Below, piece by piece: positions 27,199-38,300 of a DNA stretch of 63,855 nt (positions within the stretch are counted from its first letter, which is position 1; every line of letters starts with the position of its first letter). The stretch lies in assembly GCA_030324005.1 (NCBI GenBank), contig JARDVH010000163.1, forward strand, positions 54,461,411 to 54,525,265. The letters are read 5' to 3'. The stretch comes from Negaprion brevirostris (lineage: Eukaryota). The position numbers and the translations under genes are program-made. The notes beneath the pieces are model-generated. The model was not told the DNA's origin. It searched no databases and saw only the letters and a list, made by a program, of their open reading frames with translations.

Positions 27199-29450
27199 AT
27201 GCAACTTGGGAAGAGAATTTGCAGATTTGGTGGCATTCCCAGTTGTTGACTGCTCATCTTTCAGAAGGATTGGGGTCACAAGTTAGGAAGATAATGTTCA
27301 AGGAGCCTTGGTGAGTTGCTACAGTGCATTTTGTAAATGATGCACCCTGCCACCACTAGGGGAGGGAGTGAATGTTTAAGGTATGGTGTGCCGATCAAGT
27401 GGGCTGTTTTGTCTGGAATGGTGTGGAGCTCGAATATTGATGGATTCAGTTATTTAGACAAGTGCGAAGTATTTCATCACATGCCTGACTTACGACTTGT
27501 TGACAGATGACAGACTTTAGGGAACTAGGGGTTGAATTACTCGCCACGGAATTCTCAGCCTCTGATCTGCTGTTGTAACCACCAAATTTATATGGTTGAA
27601 TCAGTTAACAGTAATCCCTTTTATTGTGGAGCATTTGGTGATTGTAATGCCACTAGATGTCAAGAGGAGATTGTTAGATTTTCTCTTGGAATTGTCCACT
27701 GCAAACAATTTGTATGACAAGAGTGTCACTTGCCACTTAGCAGCCCAAACCTGAACATTATCCAGTTCTTGTGTGTTGATATAGATTGCTTCAGTATCTG
27801 AGGTGGTACAAATGGTAATTGAAGAATGTGCAGTTATCAGTGTACATTCCCACTTCAAAGCATGTCGCAGGAAGAGGTCATCAACAACTGAAGATGGCTA
27901 GACCTAGGTCACCACCTGAGAAACTACTGCAGCAATATCGTGGATGAAATAACCAGCCACCAGCCATTTTCCTTTGTGCCAGGAATGATTCCAACCAGTG
28001 GTGCTCTCCTCCCAAAACGCACTGATTTCAATTTTCTAGGGCTCCATGCTCAAATCCTCTGGGTGTCAAGGGTAGTCTTTCTCTAACCTCACAAATTCAG
28101 CTCTTTTGACCATGTTTGGACCAAAGCTGTAATGAGGTCAGGAGTCAAATGGCCCTGGCAGAACCCACACTGAGAATTGATGAATGCCAAGCGCCATTTG
28201 ATAGCACGAGCTACAGATCATCCCTGGGCAATTTCTACATTGTCAAGTCGATGCCAGTGTTGTGGCTGTACGAAAATAGGTTGGCTATGGGCTCAGCTAA
28301 TTCTGAAGCACAAATCTTCAGTGCAAATCAGTACTCCAGTCAAGATGTTATCAGGGCTCACAGCCTTTGCCTTCAGCTAATTCTTGATATCACATGAAGT
28401 CAAATTGGCCGAGGACTGGCATCCATAATGCGAGGAACCACAGGAAGGGGCAGAGAAAGATCTGCTCTCCTCTTTAGTTGAAGATGATTGCAAAACAAGT
28501 TTTAGCTTTGCCTTGTGTGTTGCTCTGGTTCTGCCGACATTGAGGTTGGGGTGTTTATGCAGCCTTCTCCTCCAGTTAGTTGTTTAATTGTCCATCACCA
28601 TTCATGACTGAATATGGCACAATTGCAGAGCCATTTGCTGTGACCCACTGGTTGTGGGATCGCTTCAATCTACAGAATCATATAAACCCTTCCGTGCAGA
28701 AGGAGGCTATTTGGCCCATCAAGCCTGCCTCAACAATCCCACTCAGGCTACATCTGCGTAATCCCACATATTTACCCCGTTAATCCCCCCCTGACATTAA
28801 GGGCAATTTATCACAGCCAATCCACCTAACCACACATCTTTGGACTGTCTGAAGCACCCAGAGGAAACCCATGCAGACACAGGGAGAACATGTAAATTCC
28901 ACAATGACCTGAGGTCAGAATTGAATACAGGTCCCTGGCACTGTAAGGTGGCATTGCCAAGCACTATGCAGCAGCAGTGCTAACCACTGTGCTGCTTCTG
29001 CTGTCTATCTTGCACGCAATTGTGCAATGGCATTTTATTTTAGGTATGCCTTGTGCTGCTCCTGGCATACTCTCCTAAACTCCTGATTGAATCAGGATTG
29101 GTCCCATAGCTTGATGTTGAGTAAAGGCCAGGCCATGAAGTTACATATTTTGGTTGAAAACCATTCTGCACGTGGATTCGCANNNNNNNNNNNNNNNNNN
29201 NNNNNNNNNNNNNNNNNNNNNNNNNNNNNNNNNNNNNNNNNNNNNNNNNNNNNNNNNNNNNNNNNNNNNNNNNNNNNNNNNNTCTGTTCTGAGCTGCAAG
29301 ATCTGTTCTGAATTCATCCCAATTAGCGTGGGCCACCAAAAAAAATCATGGTGTCCTTTACCAGTGATCATTTAAACAATTAACCTGGGTACAGTTAAAT
29401 CAAGAATATTCTTAAGAGTTCATTACCTCAGTATTCTAGGCTGTTAGCCT
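27199..29450 (-). mobile_element. Older copy of the same LINE family, with a nested SINE
   Basis: Colinear similarity to 18560-19500; translations INTQELDNVQVWAAKWQV and ANWDEFRTDLAAQN. Confidence 0.75.
28671..28995 (-). mobile_element. V-SINE nested in a LINE
   Basis: GAGGAAACCCATGCAGACACAGGGAGAACATG V core; GAATTGAA B-box remnant; CR1-like tail. Confidence 0.75.
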
Positions 29451-31929
29451 GGTTAAATCAGATAAGTTTTGGGAGTTAAATGCTCTTACAAATATTTCCA
29501 GCTCCAACACAAGCACGTCTCCAAAACGTGGCTGAAATGCCAAGAGTTCTGACCTGGTTTGTCTTGAATATGAAAAATGACCCCTCATCAGTTGTTAACC
29601 ATGATTGCGTTTATTATTAATTAAATCTATGGCTTGTATCTGGGTATCCCACAACATTTTTTCTAAAGACAATGCTCCCAGGAAAGATCAGTTGAAAGTT
29701 GCAAAGGCAAATATTTGTTATACTTGCCTGCCTATATTAAAAAAACATCCTAGATCATAAAATATGTAGGGGAGTGGAACGTGATTCCAATCCAAAGGAG
29801 CTCCACAGCAAGTTAGAATAACGATGATGAAAATTTTCACCATGGGTAAAACAGAAGTCAAATTAGGCTCTATTTAATTTCATCCCATGATCTATCTGAT
29901 CAAGACTGTGAGCATGAACTATGCTGCACCTTGTCAAAAAAAACAGAAAACAAAAGACACAAGAACAACGATGCCACACATAAAAGGGGACAAGGACTTC
30001 AACATGCAAGAATTAATAATGTCAGGACACAAAGTCAACCCAATACGATATAATAAAACAAGGACACTAAGATTATTATGACGCAAAACAGAGGAGGAAA
30101 GAAACACTTGGGGCATGTAAAAAATGTCATTTAACAGTCAGTCAGAGGCATGGAAATTTAAGATCCTTTGTAAAATAAAGCAACCAACAATAGCCATGTT
30201 TCAGAATGAGACCACACATAGATTTCTGGTTGCTGGTGAACATGGCGTGTATCAGTTTTTAGAAATCTAGAAATATCTGCCAAATTGTAAATAAAACTGG
30301 ACCTATGAAGTCAAAATTGCAAAAACTTAACAAACAATTCCCAATGGAAACATTGTTTACAAACAATACAAGAAACAGAACAACAGTGCAAAATATCTGT
30401 ACATCCCATGACATTATATAGTCAATGGTCAACACCCAGGGTGTCCACATCACATGATACAGATTTGATTGCAATATATATCTTTGCAAATATGAAAATG
30501 TAACATGTAAGATCATACAGCAGGAGAATATAGGAAAGTCGTGCACAACAAATATCTGTTTGATGTGTTCATTTCAATTCCCACTCCTATTTCTACATTC
30601 ATTGCCTGCAACCTTTGTTACCTATCTCTTTCTCCCCTTTTTCTCAAAACAAAAAAAACCACAAAAAACAAACATTTATAATAATTCTTATGCAATTGTA
30701 GTTTACGGAGTACAGCAGCAGTATTCAGCCAAACATAACAGCTTCAGCGATGATATTACCCATGGCATTTCATTTCTTAAATTTTAATTTCAAACCTTGT
30801 GCGAGGGTCTTTGGCTTAGCAATAGCTCTATCATTGCTCAGTCCAGAAAGGCTAGAAATACAGGCCTACTTTAAAGGTCAAACATGGGGCTAACACATCA
30901 ATACAGCACAAAGTACACTATGTCATATAGCTAGATTCCCAAGATTGATTCCTTTATTGCTTTTAAACAGCAACCAAATTGACACTTGTATTGTGGAATA
31001 ATTCCAGTAATATCCTAGTGCAGCCCAAGTGTTTGTACGTTATCACCACGAAACATATGAATTATTGGAAATGAACTCAAATGCTCTTACCGCTCATCTA
31101 TAAGCTCATTTTATTAGCACACCATTGTTAGCCATCTTATTTGTTTCTATAACTGAATATTTGTGAAGTAAACAGAGAAAGGTAATTAGGTGCAACAATT
31201 GAACAGGAAAAGGCTGGTAAATCCCTTAAACCTAACCATTCTTCCACTGATTTAAATGCCATTTACCTATCCATTCATATTCACCAAACTCTCCCTCTTA
31301 AAACTCCTTAAATAATCCATTTAAAAACTTGTATATGTTTTCCCCATTTCTTATCAGAGCTTGCAAGGAAATAGCAGCATAAAGGTGATCCAGGCCTGAC
31401 TAGCAGTGTCTTATAAACTGAGAGCTCATATTCCTTTGAAATAAAGATAACAGGGAAGAGTCACAAACATATTCAAGTGTTACTGGATGTTGATTTAAAC
31501 AAAATGCATTTTATGAAATGCTTGAAACTTGTTTCACAGTTTCTTACATTAATTGATAATCTGATAGACTGCAAAGAGGAGTGCTGTGTAAACAGTGGAA
31601 ACTTTAAAACTCGCAATATCAGCCAAGGTTGTAACAGTACATATTTTTCTCAACACTGTTTTGTTTGACTGAAGCTATTCAAACCAGATTGATAGAAGAA
31701 TCAGTGAGACAAACTCCAGATCTCCTGTTTACTAGGCAAGCGTTGCAACCAGTTAAGCCACAATATGTAAAATGGTCCACTGTTGGGTAAACATTTAACT
31801 GATTATAGGGAACAATTAACTATTCATTCATCGCAGCTGTCCATCAATTCAAAGATTATGTGTGCAGCACATTTACCAGAATATTCACTGGATCCCAAAT
31901 ATTCAACTACAAAGACAGATTACATAAAT

Positions 31930-32320
31930 TAAGATAGCATTCCCCGCAATTTAAATGATTAAGGTGCAATTTGATCAGAATTTTCAAGATATTACAGGAA
32001 ACAGAAGAGTAGTTAGAGAAACTTTTTCTACTAGTTGAGTCCAGGAAGACAGTCTAAATATCAAGAGACAGACCTTCAGGAGTGAAATGAGAAAACACCA
32101 CAGAGGGAGACAGAAGCTTCGAACTCCTTTCTTCAAATTGAATCTGATGCTAGATCAATGTTAACTTTACATCTGAAATTGATACAGCTTTATTAACCAA
32201 ATATATTACAGGATAATGGGACAAAGGAGGATATATGGAGTTTGGTCACAGATGAAATCATGGCCACCTCACTGAACGGTGGAACAGACTTGGGAGGCAA
32301 AATGGCCCTCTTCCATTCCC
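31930..32320 (+). mobile_element. CR1 LINE 3' fragment
   Basis: TTAAGGTGCAATTTGATCAGAATTTTCAAGAT...AATGGCCCTCTTCC follows the CR1 3' pattern seen at 55200-55590. Confidence 0.6.
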
Positions 32321-33549
32321 TTGCATTTTTTTTTTCACAAACACACCAATACAAGCTGAAACTGAATAAAATAAACTTCCAAAGAGAGAAATAAGCTTTG
32401 TTCTACAATGTTGAAACCGAGGCAACATCAAGAAGAGAGAAACAAAGACTAGGTGCAAATAAGACATGGATGCTGAGATGGATGTGTGGAGTGACAAAGA
32501 AGGGCAAGCTCAGGAACCAGTACATCAGGTTAGTGCAGATTGCAGCATCATCAAGGAGTTAACGAATATATCAGTGAGAGACAGGACATTTGGTGACAGG
32601 AAGTTCCTAAAACCAGATGGAATAATGTGATGGCAAGAAGTTTATATACAGTAAGATTGGAAGAGGAATAGGTCACTGACAGGAAACTATGCAGAAGGAT
32701 GATCAAACAACATTGTGGCAACCCCCAAGTAAAATGGGAGAAGTTGAAAGGAGAAAAAAAACATGGACACAGTAAAGGAGATTTTTATTAAAGAAGCTAC
32801 ACTGAAAAAAATACTAAGCAAACTAAATGTTTGAAGACTGAGTCCTTACTTAAGCAATGAATGCTGGTTTTGTATGACTTGACAATACAGGTATTCAGAG
32901 CAAATGAACGCTCAGCTCAAACGCATGTTCTCATCTGTTACCTATTTACAAATTTTAAAATGGGAGATAAAGTGTTACATTTATGCATGTATTTATCACA
33001 GACATTTTCCTAGTTGCAAGAAATATAATTAAAACTTCCTTGCGAATTAAATGTTAAAAACGCAAAGAATTTTATTAATACCTGATTTACAACATTAAAA
33101 ACAGCTTCAACAAAATAACTGACGTCGTCGAGTTCTTGAACACTTGTTATGAAAATGCCCTTCACAGCCGGGTAAACATGGCTAGGTAGACTTTCCCCAA
33201 CACCCAAAAACAGATTGTAAACTAACTTAGTTTAGCTCCCATCGTTTATCCCACGACGTATGCTTCGTCTTCTTGAGTTAGAGAGAACAATTCAATCAAC
33301 AGAAACGCAGAGTCTTCAAGACAGGTTATTTTATTGCACTGAAGTACTGCTGATCCAACTGCTCACCCTTGGGGACGAGGACTTCTCACCAGGCTTGGGG
33401 ACCATAATCGCAGTTCTGAACGATAGCGAACTTCCCAGATTAAACAACAGCAAGAATTACAGAGAAGAAACAGGCTTGAATGTTTAGTCGTTACGGTTTA
33501 ATAATTCCCAGCCGATAAAACACTGCCAGGGATGATACGCCAAACATAC

Positions 33550-33771
33550 CCGCTTGTGCTGGGCATCTATCCTGTGCTGTCCTCCACCCAACATCGCCCT
33601 CTGAGACTTCTGATCGATCCTCTCTTGCACGGTCAAGTTGCTGATTGAATACCATCGCCTCCACTCCCCGGTAGTTCTGACCGCTGACAAAACGGATGAG
33701 GCGTATTTACTAACCCGCCAGCTGCCTGTCAGCAACCGGGAGCAACATAACACTGCCGGACCCGCCGCCAT
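33550..33771 (-). CDS. PCCB: PCCB coding exon 1 (mitochondrial targeting peptide and start of the mature protein)
   Basis: ATG at 33771 gives MAAGPAVLCCSRLL...VQERIDQKSQRAMLGGGQHRIDAQHKR, which matches the PCCB motif LGGGQ.RIDAQHKR. Donor GTATG at 33549; 222 nt, phase 0. Confidence 0.93.
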
Positions 33772-33999
33772 GATCCAGACTGAGCTCTGGACTGCCGGCG
33801 AATCAAACACACCCGAGCTCGGAGGCGCGTCAGTTGATCGACAGCGCGACCAGCCAATGACATTGCAAACTGGGCCAACGGGGCGGATCTCAGCCAATGG
33901 TTGTGGAGGAGGCGGGCTCAATGACGTCAGGCCAGCTCGATTTCCCCCTCGGGGAAAACCAAACGTGCGTCAGCAACCCCTCGGGCAGGCTGCAAGCTT

Positions 34000-34019
34000 T
34001 GCATTGTGGGAGTTGTAGT
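34000..34019 (-). promoter_or_regulatory. ZNF143/THAP11 (SBS) site facing PCCB
   Basis: The reverse complement reads ACTACAACTCCCACAATGCA, matching the ACTACAnnTCCCAnnATGC consensus. Confidence 0.85.
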
Positions 34020-34067
34020 CCGCAGGGGCGGCGCTAGAAGTTAATGCCAGCGCCACCGCCTGCTGAG

Positions 34068-34087
34068 ACTACAGCTCCCGGCGTGCC
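34068..34087 (+). promoter_or_regulatory. ZNF143/THAP11 (SBS) site facing MSL2
   Basis: ACTACAGCTCCCGGCGTGCC matches the ACTACAnnTCCC composite motif. Confidence 0.78.
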
Positions 34088-35007
34088 TCAGCAGCCAGCC
34101 CAGCCCGTGCGCGCGAAGGACCTCGAATGGACCCCGTTCCTATTGGCTAAGCCGTCGAGCAGCGGCCAGCCCACACTTAACTCTCTTTCGTACGTATATA
34201 AAAAAGCCCACCGCGCTCAGACGGGTGAAACATATACAATCCAAAAACGGATTGGGGAGGACCGATTCAAAATATAGCTTCATTCAGACAAAAAAAGTAG
34301 GCGAATAAAACCAAAGATAATTATTTTAGATCTCAGCCCGCATTTTAAAAAAGACATAATTAATATCGGGAGCCATTCTGGGGGGAGGGGGATGAAGCCG
34401 ATCAGGCATTCGAGAAGATCACCTTCCTACTGCTGTCACGTGACTGGCGCTCGAGCTCTTTCCGTTTTTTCCTCTTTAAACGAACGAACGTTTCCACCAT
34501 TTAAAAAAAATTCGTCTCCCACTCTTTTCTCCTCCTCCTTTTCCTCGTTTAATAACCCAACGCCACCGCTCTCTCCCGAATCTGGGTAAAAATTTGAACA
34601 GGGTGGGGGCAGCTTATACCGAAAAAGAGGAGGGAGGAAAGTCGCCGCCGGTGGCGGCGGAGGAGGGAGGGAAGAGGATGATGGTGTCGATGTTGGGCCC
34701 GGAGCGGCTTGTGAGGGATTGAGCTCGCAGGCTCGTTCGGGTGCTCTCTCTCTCTCTCTGGTCCTCCTTCCCTCCCCACCCCTAATTTGATCCGCAGATT
34801 CTAGGGGCTCGGAGGAAGAGGGTGTGTGTGAGAGGGAGGGAGTGAGGCGAGTTCTCGCGAATGGCGAGAGGTGCGCGGCTGGGGCCCGCTGCGCGCGCGT
34901 TAACCAGTAGGTGCCGCCGAGCCCGGAGCCCGCGCAGCGCGGATGGGGACAGGGCTCGCGGACTGTAGGCTTTCCGCCGCCCGCCCGCAGCAGCACCGTT
35001 AAGTATC

Positions 35008-35112
35008 ATGGCTCCGCGAGAGGAAGCCAGCCCTGGGAGACTACAACCCGCCGCCGCCGAGGACGACAACAACAACAACAGCAGCGGTGCCGCCGCTGAC
35101 ACCCCACTCTAA
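35008..35112 (+). other. Upstream ORF (34 aa) in the MSL2 leader with strong Kozak context
   Basis: ATCATGG start; MAPREEASPGRLQPAAAEDDNNNNSSGAAADTPL*; stop at 35110-35112. Confidence 0.5.
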
Positions 35113-35245
35113 TTAAATGGACGTTGGCACCGCCGCGGAAACTGGGCGTCGGAGAAAGAGGAATCGGAAATATTCTCGTCGGCGGCAGCAGCAGCAGCCT
35201 CGGCATAACGGCTCGGCCCGCTCCGACTTGGCCGCCGTCGCCGCC

Positions 35246-35387
35246 ATGAATCCGGTCAACGCCACTAGCCTGTACGTGTCGACCTGCCGCTACATCATGC
35301 AGTGCGAGCCGCAGGAACCCGGCTCCTTCTCTGAGCTGTACAAACTGCTCCCCTACCTGCGCCAGTCCCTCTCCTGCTGTGTCTGCG
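35246..35387 (+). CDS. MSL2: MSL2 coding exon 1
   Basis: GCCGCCATG start; MNPVNATSLYVSTCRYIM...LYKLLPYLRQSLSCCVCG matches the vertebrate MSL2 N-terminus and first RING cysteines; donor GTGAGT; 142 nt. Confidence 0.96.
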
Positions 35388-38300
35388 GTGAGTGTTTTAG
35401 AAGCAATTTCTTAATGCAATCGCTGTCTTTATTTGTCTTGCAAAAAGCACGGGGAAGGGGGCTGGAGATATGTACCATTACATAACGAACACTTATATTT
35501 CTAAACCCGATTTTTAACCCTCCCCCCTCACATCTCCACTGCATGTGTATTCTGTATAGAGAGGTTTGTGCACTGCACCAGAGGCCTTGCTCTGCTCGTT
35601 AACCAGAACTACATCTGAATTTGTATTTTTTTTGAAAGCCTTTCGATTGCAATTGCAGATTGAACAAGTTCATTTTTTTTGTCTGTTTTGTTACATTCTT
35701 CCCCCTCCTCCCCGTGTAACTGGCGTGTTCCCCTCCCCCGTGTTGAGATGTATCTTTTGCATTGCAGCAAGAGGCCTACATCGTTTACAGTACTCGGAAT
35801 AAAACTGGAGCCTATGATTCTAATCGCGGAAATCCGACTACATTTTGAATCTTGAAAGGACGACAAGTTAGCATAAGGTTATTGTCTAAATGCACACTGA
35901 TGTTTAGAAATATGTATTTTCCATCCGTAGTTGTATGAGATTTATCTTGCACTGCAACAGAGGCCTGCACTGTTTATAATGTTGTGCCATCTATGCGTTT
36001 TTATCTTTGCCGAAGATTTTTTTTCGCGGTTAGGTTAATACATGGTGACTATAAACGAGTGACTTTCATCACAAAGTAACGAGAGCTGCAATTATTTATC
36101 TATTTCCATTGCAGCCTGGGCTGTTGTCAGAGCTATGGAACTCAGTTGAACTTAATATTTTCACCCTTAACTCGACACGTTAATACCTACCTTTCTTAAA
36201 CCAGTGTGGCTAGAAGGCTTCAGTCCGGCTAAGGCAGTTACTGAACTGATTCATTGTTTTTCGTTACAACAGGTGTGCTTTTTATAATATCGATCACAAT
36301 CACAATTTGTAATTTTCCTTCGAACCAGTAAGTACAAAGATGACAACATCTTTTGAATGTTTTTTATTCGCCGAGCAGCCCAAACATTTGTACTTATTTT
36401 TTATTCGTTTCTCTATAATCTGAGACCTCAAAAAATAAACCTTACAGGCTTGTAATTTGTAATTCTCTGGTTTGAAAATAAGTTACCACGTGCTCCGAAA
36501 GATCGATGGTTTCATTACCCTTCAGTACACATTTTGAGAGATTACTTTAATTTCTCTATGATCTAATATTAAATGAGTTTAATATGCGAATAGTCACAGG
36601 CTTAGGAATTACAAATAAACTCTTTTTAGGAAAAAAACTTGCTTTTTTTGGCGTTGACCGCCTGTTTGTGTAAATATGAATGGGAAGCCTGCTTTTTCAA
36701 ATCCCCGCCCTCCCCGCCAAATGCGTAGGTGAATGTAAACCCCTCTAATGTTATGAATTGGGGAATCTTTTGAAATAAGTCACTGCTAGTTGTTTCTAAA
36801 TGCAGATATATATTGAGCTTGTTTGATAGAAGTTGCTATTTTGCGTTAGCTGGTCTGAGGAGAAGTATGTTCACAGGGACGGGACGTTTTTAAATTCTGC
36901 CCAAAAGTAAACATGCACACGTGTTTGCTCTGAAGCTTCGAATTGAAGACGCAGCAAGTTCACCCAATGAGCAACCCGATTCATATAGCAATGCATTACT
37001 TTCAGTCATACCCCGCCTTTAGGTTCTTAATCTGTTCGGTTCCGAAAATTGTATCGGAATCTCTATTATTCTTACTTGTATAAAGTTGTTCGACCTCGTG
37101 TGGAATGGTTAACTTGACGGTTTTATGGTTTTGACAAACGTCGCACTCTTAATTGTACCTTGGACTCCATCGACCACGTATTTTACTGATCTTTTGACAT
37201 TATTGAGGTAGAGACATTGTGCCTTAGTGTATGATAACAGCAATTTGTTCAATTTTCTGCATTCTTTCAGAATATATTGTATTGGAGAGAAAGATTGAAG
37301 ATTCTCCCATTATTTTCCATGTAGTTTGATTTCCTAATGGGTCTCATGTCTCTTCACCTCCCCATCTTTACGTTTACAACAAATTGCAATTTTGTATTTG
37401 TATGGGAATTGTATATACACTTGAACCCCACCAGTTAACTTGCTACATTCATTAATGTTTGCTGATTTCTTTTTCTGTTAATTAAGTCTCATTTAAGCAC
37501 TTTCAGTGTATAAAAGTGGAGACTTATGTTTAAAAGTGGGTTTGACTACAAGCCATGCAATAATGAAAACTTGATATCGCCCGTGTAGAGAACTTGTGGT
37601 TGTGCATTACAGCTCTTGCAGTTAAATCTGAAAAGAAATTTGATGCACTTGGGATGAACAGTGCAAGTAGTGTTGAAGATCATGCTCAAGTTATATTTTA
37701 AAGGTTATGGAAAACATTTGCTATGTAGACTTGAATTCAAATTTTAAATAGTAGTAGAAACTTTTTTATTAGCATTTAAGTGTCCATGGTGATAAGTACT
37801 CTGTAGTATTTGCCATTTGTTTCAGCTAAACATGGGTGTGGGATGGCTCTCTTAAAAGAAAATGCAATGTAATGCTCAAATTACCATATTAGCAGTTTTG
37901 ATAAATGGTTAAAGTAAAACACAAGTAATCAATATGGATAAAGGCCCATTCCAAAGTGTGTCTTAAATGCGTTTTACTTGAGGATGGAACGAAGGACAAA
38001 GATTGAAAAGAAAACAAATGAAAGAAATAATAGTTTAAAATGCAAGTATTTGTGTGTGAATAGTTTATCTTTGGACAATGAATTCTAGGATGCAGGCTTG
38101 TTTGAATCGACCCATTCCTGGTGGTCAGTTTTTCCCCTTTGTTTTTGGATCCACCCTGGTACACGGTTATCTTGCTGTTAAATCCTCAGTGAGGTGCTTG
38201 GCAACATCTGATCACCGAACTTGTGCATATAAAACATCTGAAGTAATACTGGATAACAGCTTGTGTTGCATTATGTCAGCTTTTTTAATTTAGTTTCTCC

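Larger units (their letters stand above)
33600..35400. promoter_or_regulatory. CpG island and bidirectional promoter shared by PCCB and MSL2
   Basis: CpG-dense in a CpG-poor background and spans both start codons. Motifs: CCAAT at 33854 and 33894 (reverse at 34142, 34251), GC box at 33881, CRE TGACGTCA at 33922, TATATAAAA at 34195, GTCACGTGAC at 34435. Confidence 0.88.

Noticed and set aside
33772-33921. Open frame upstream of the PCCB ATG
   Set aside because: It starts at a non-ATG codon within promoter motifs, and ATG 33771 gives a plausible mitochondrial presequence.
34436-34996. 186-aa minus-strand ORF and other overlapping ORFs in the CpG island
   Set aside because: Low-complexity, stop-poor GC-rich sequence with no recognisable domain.
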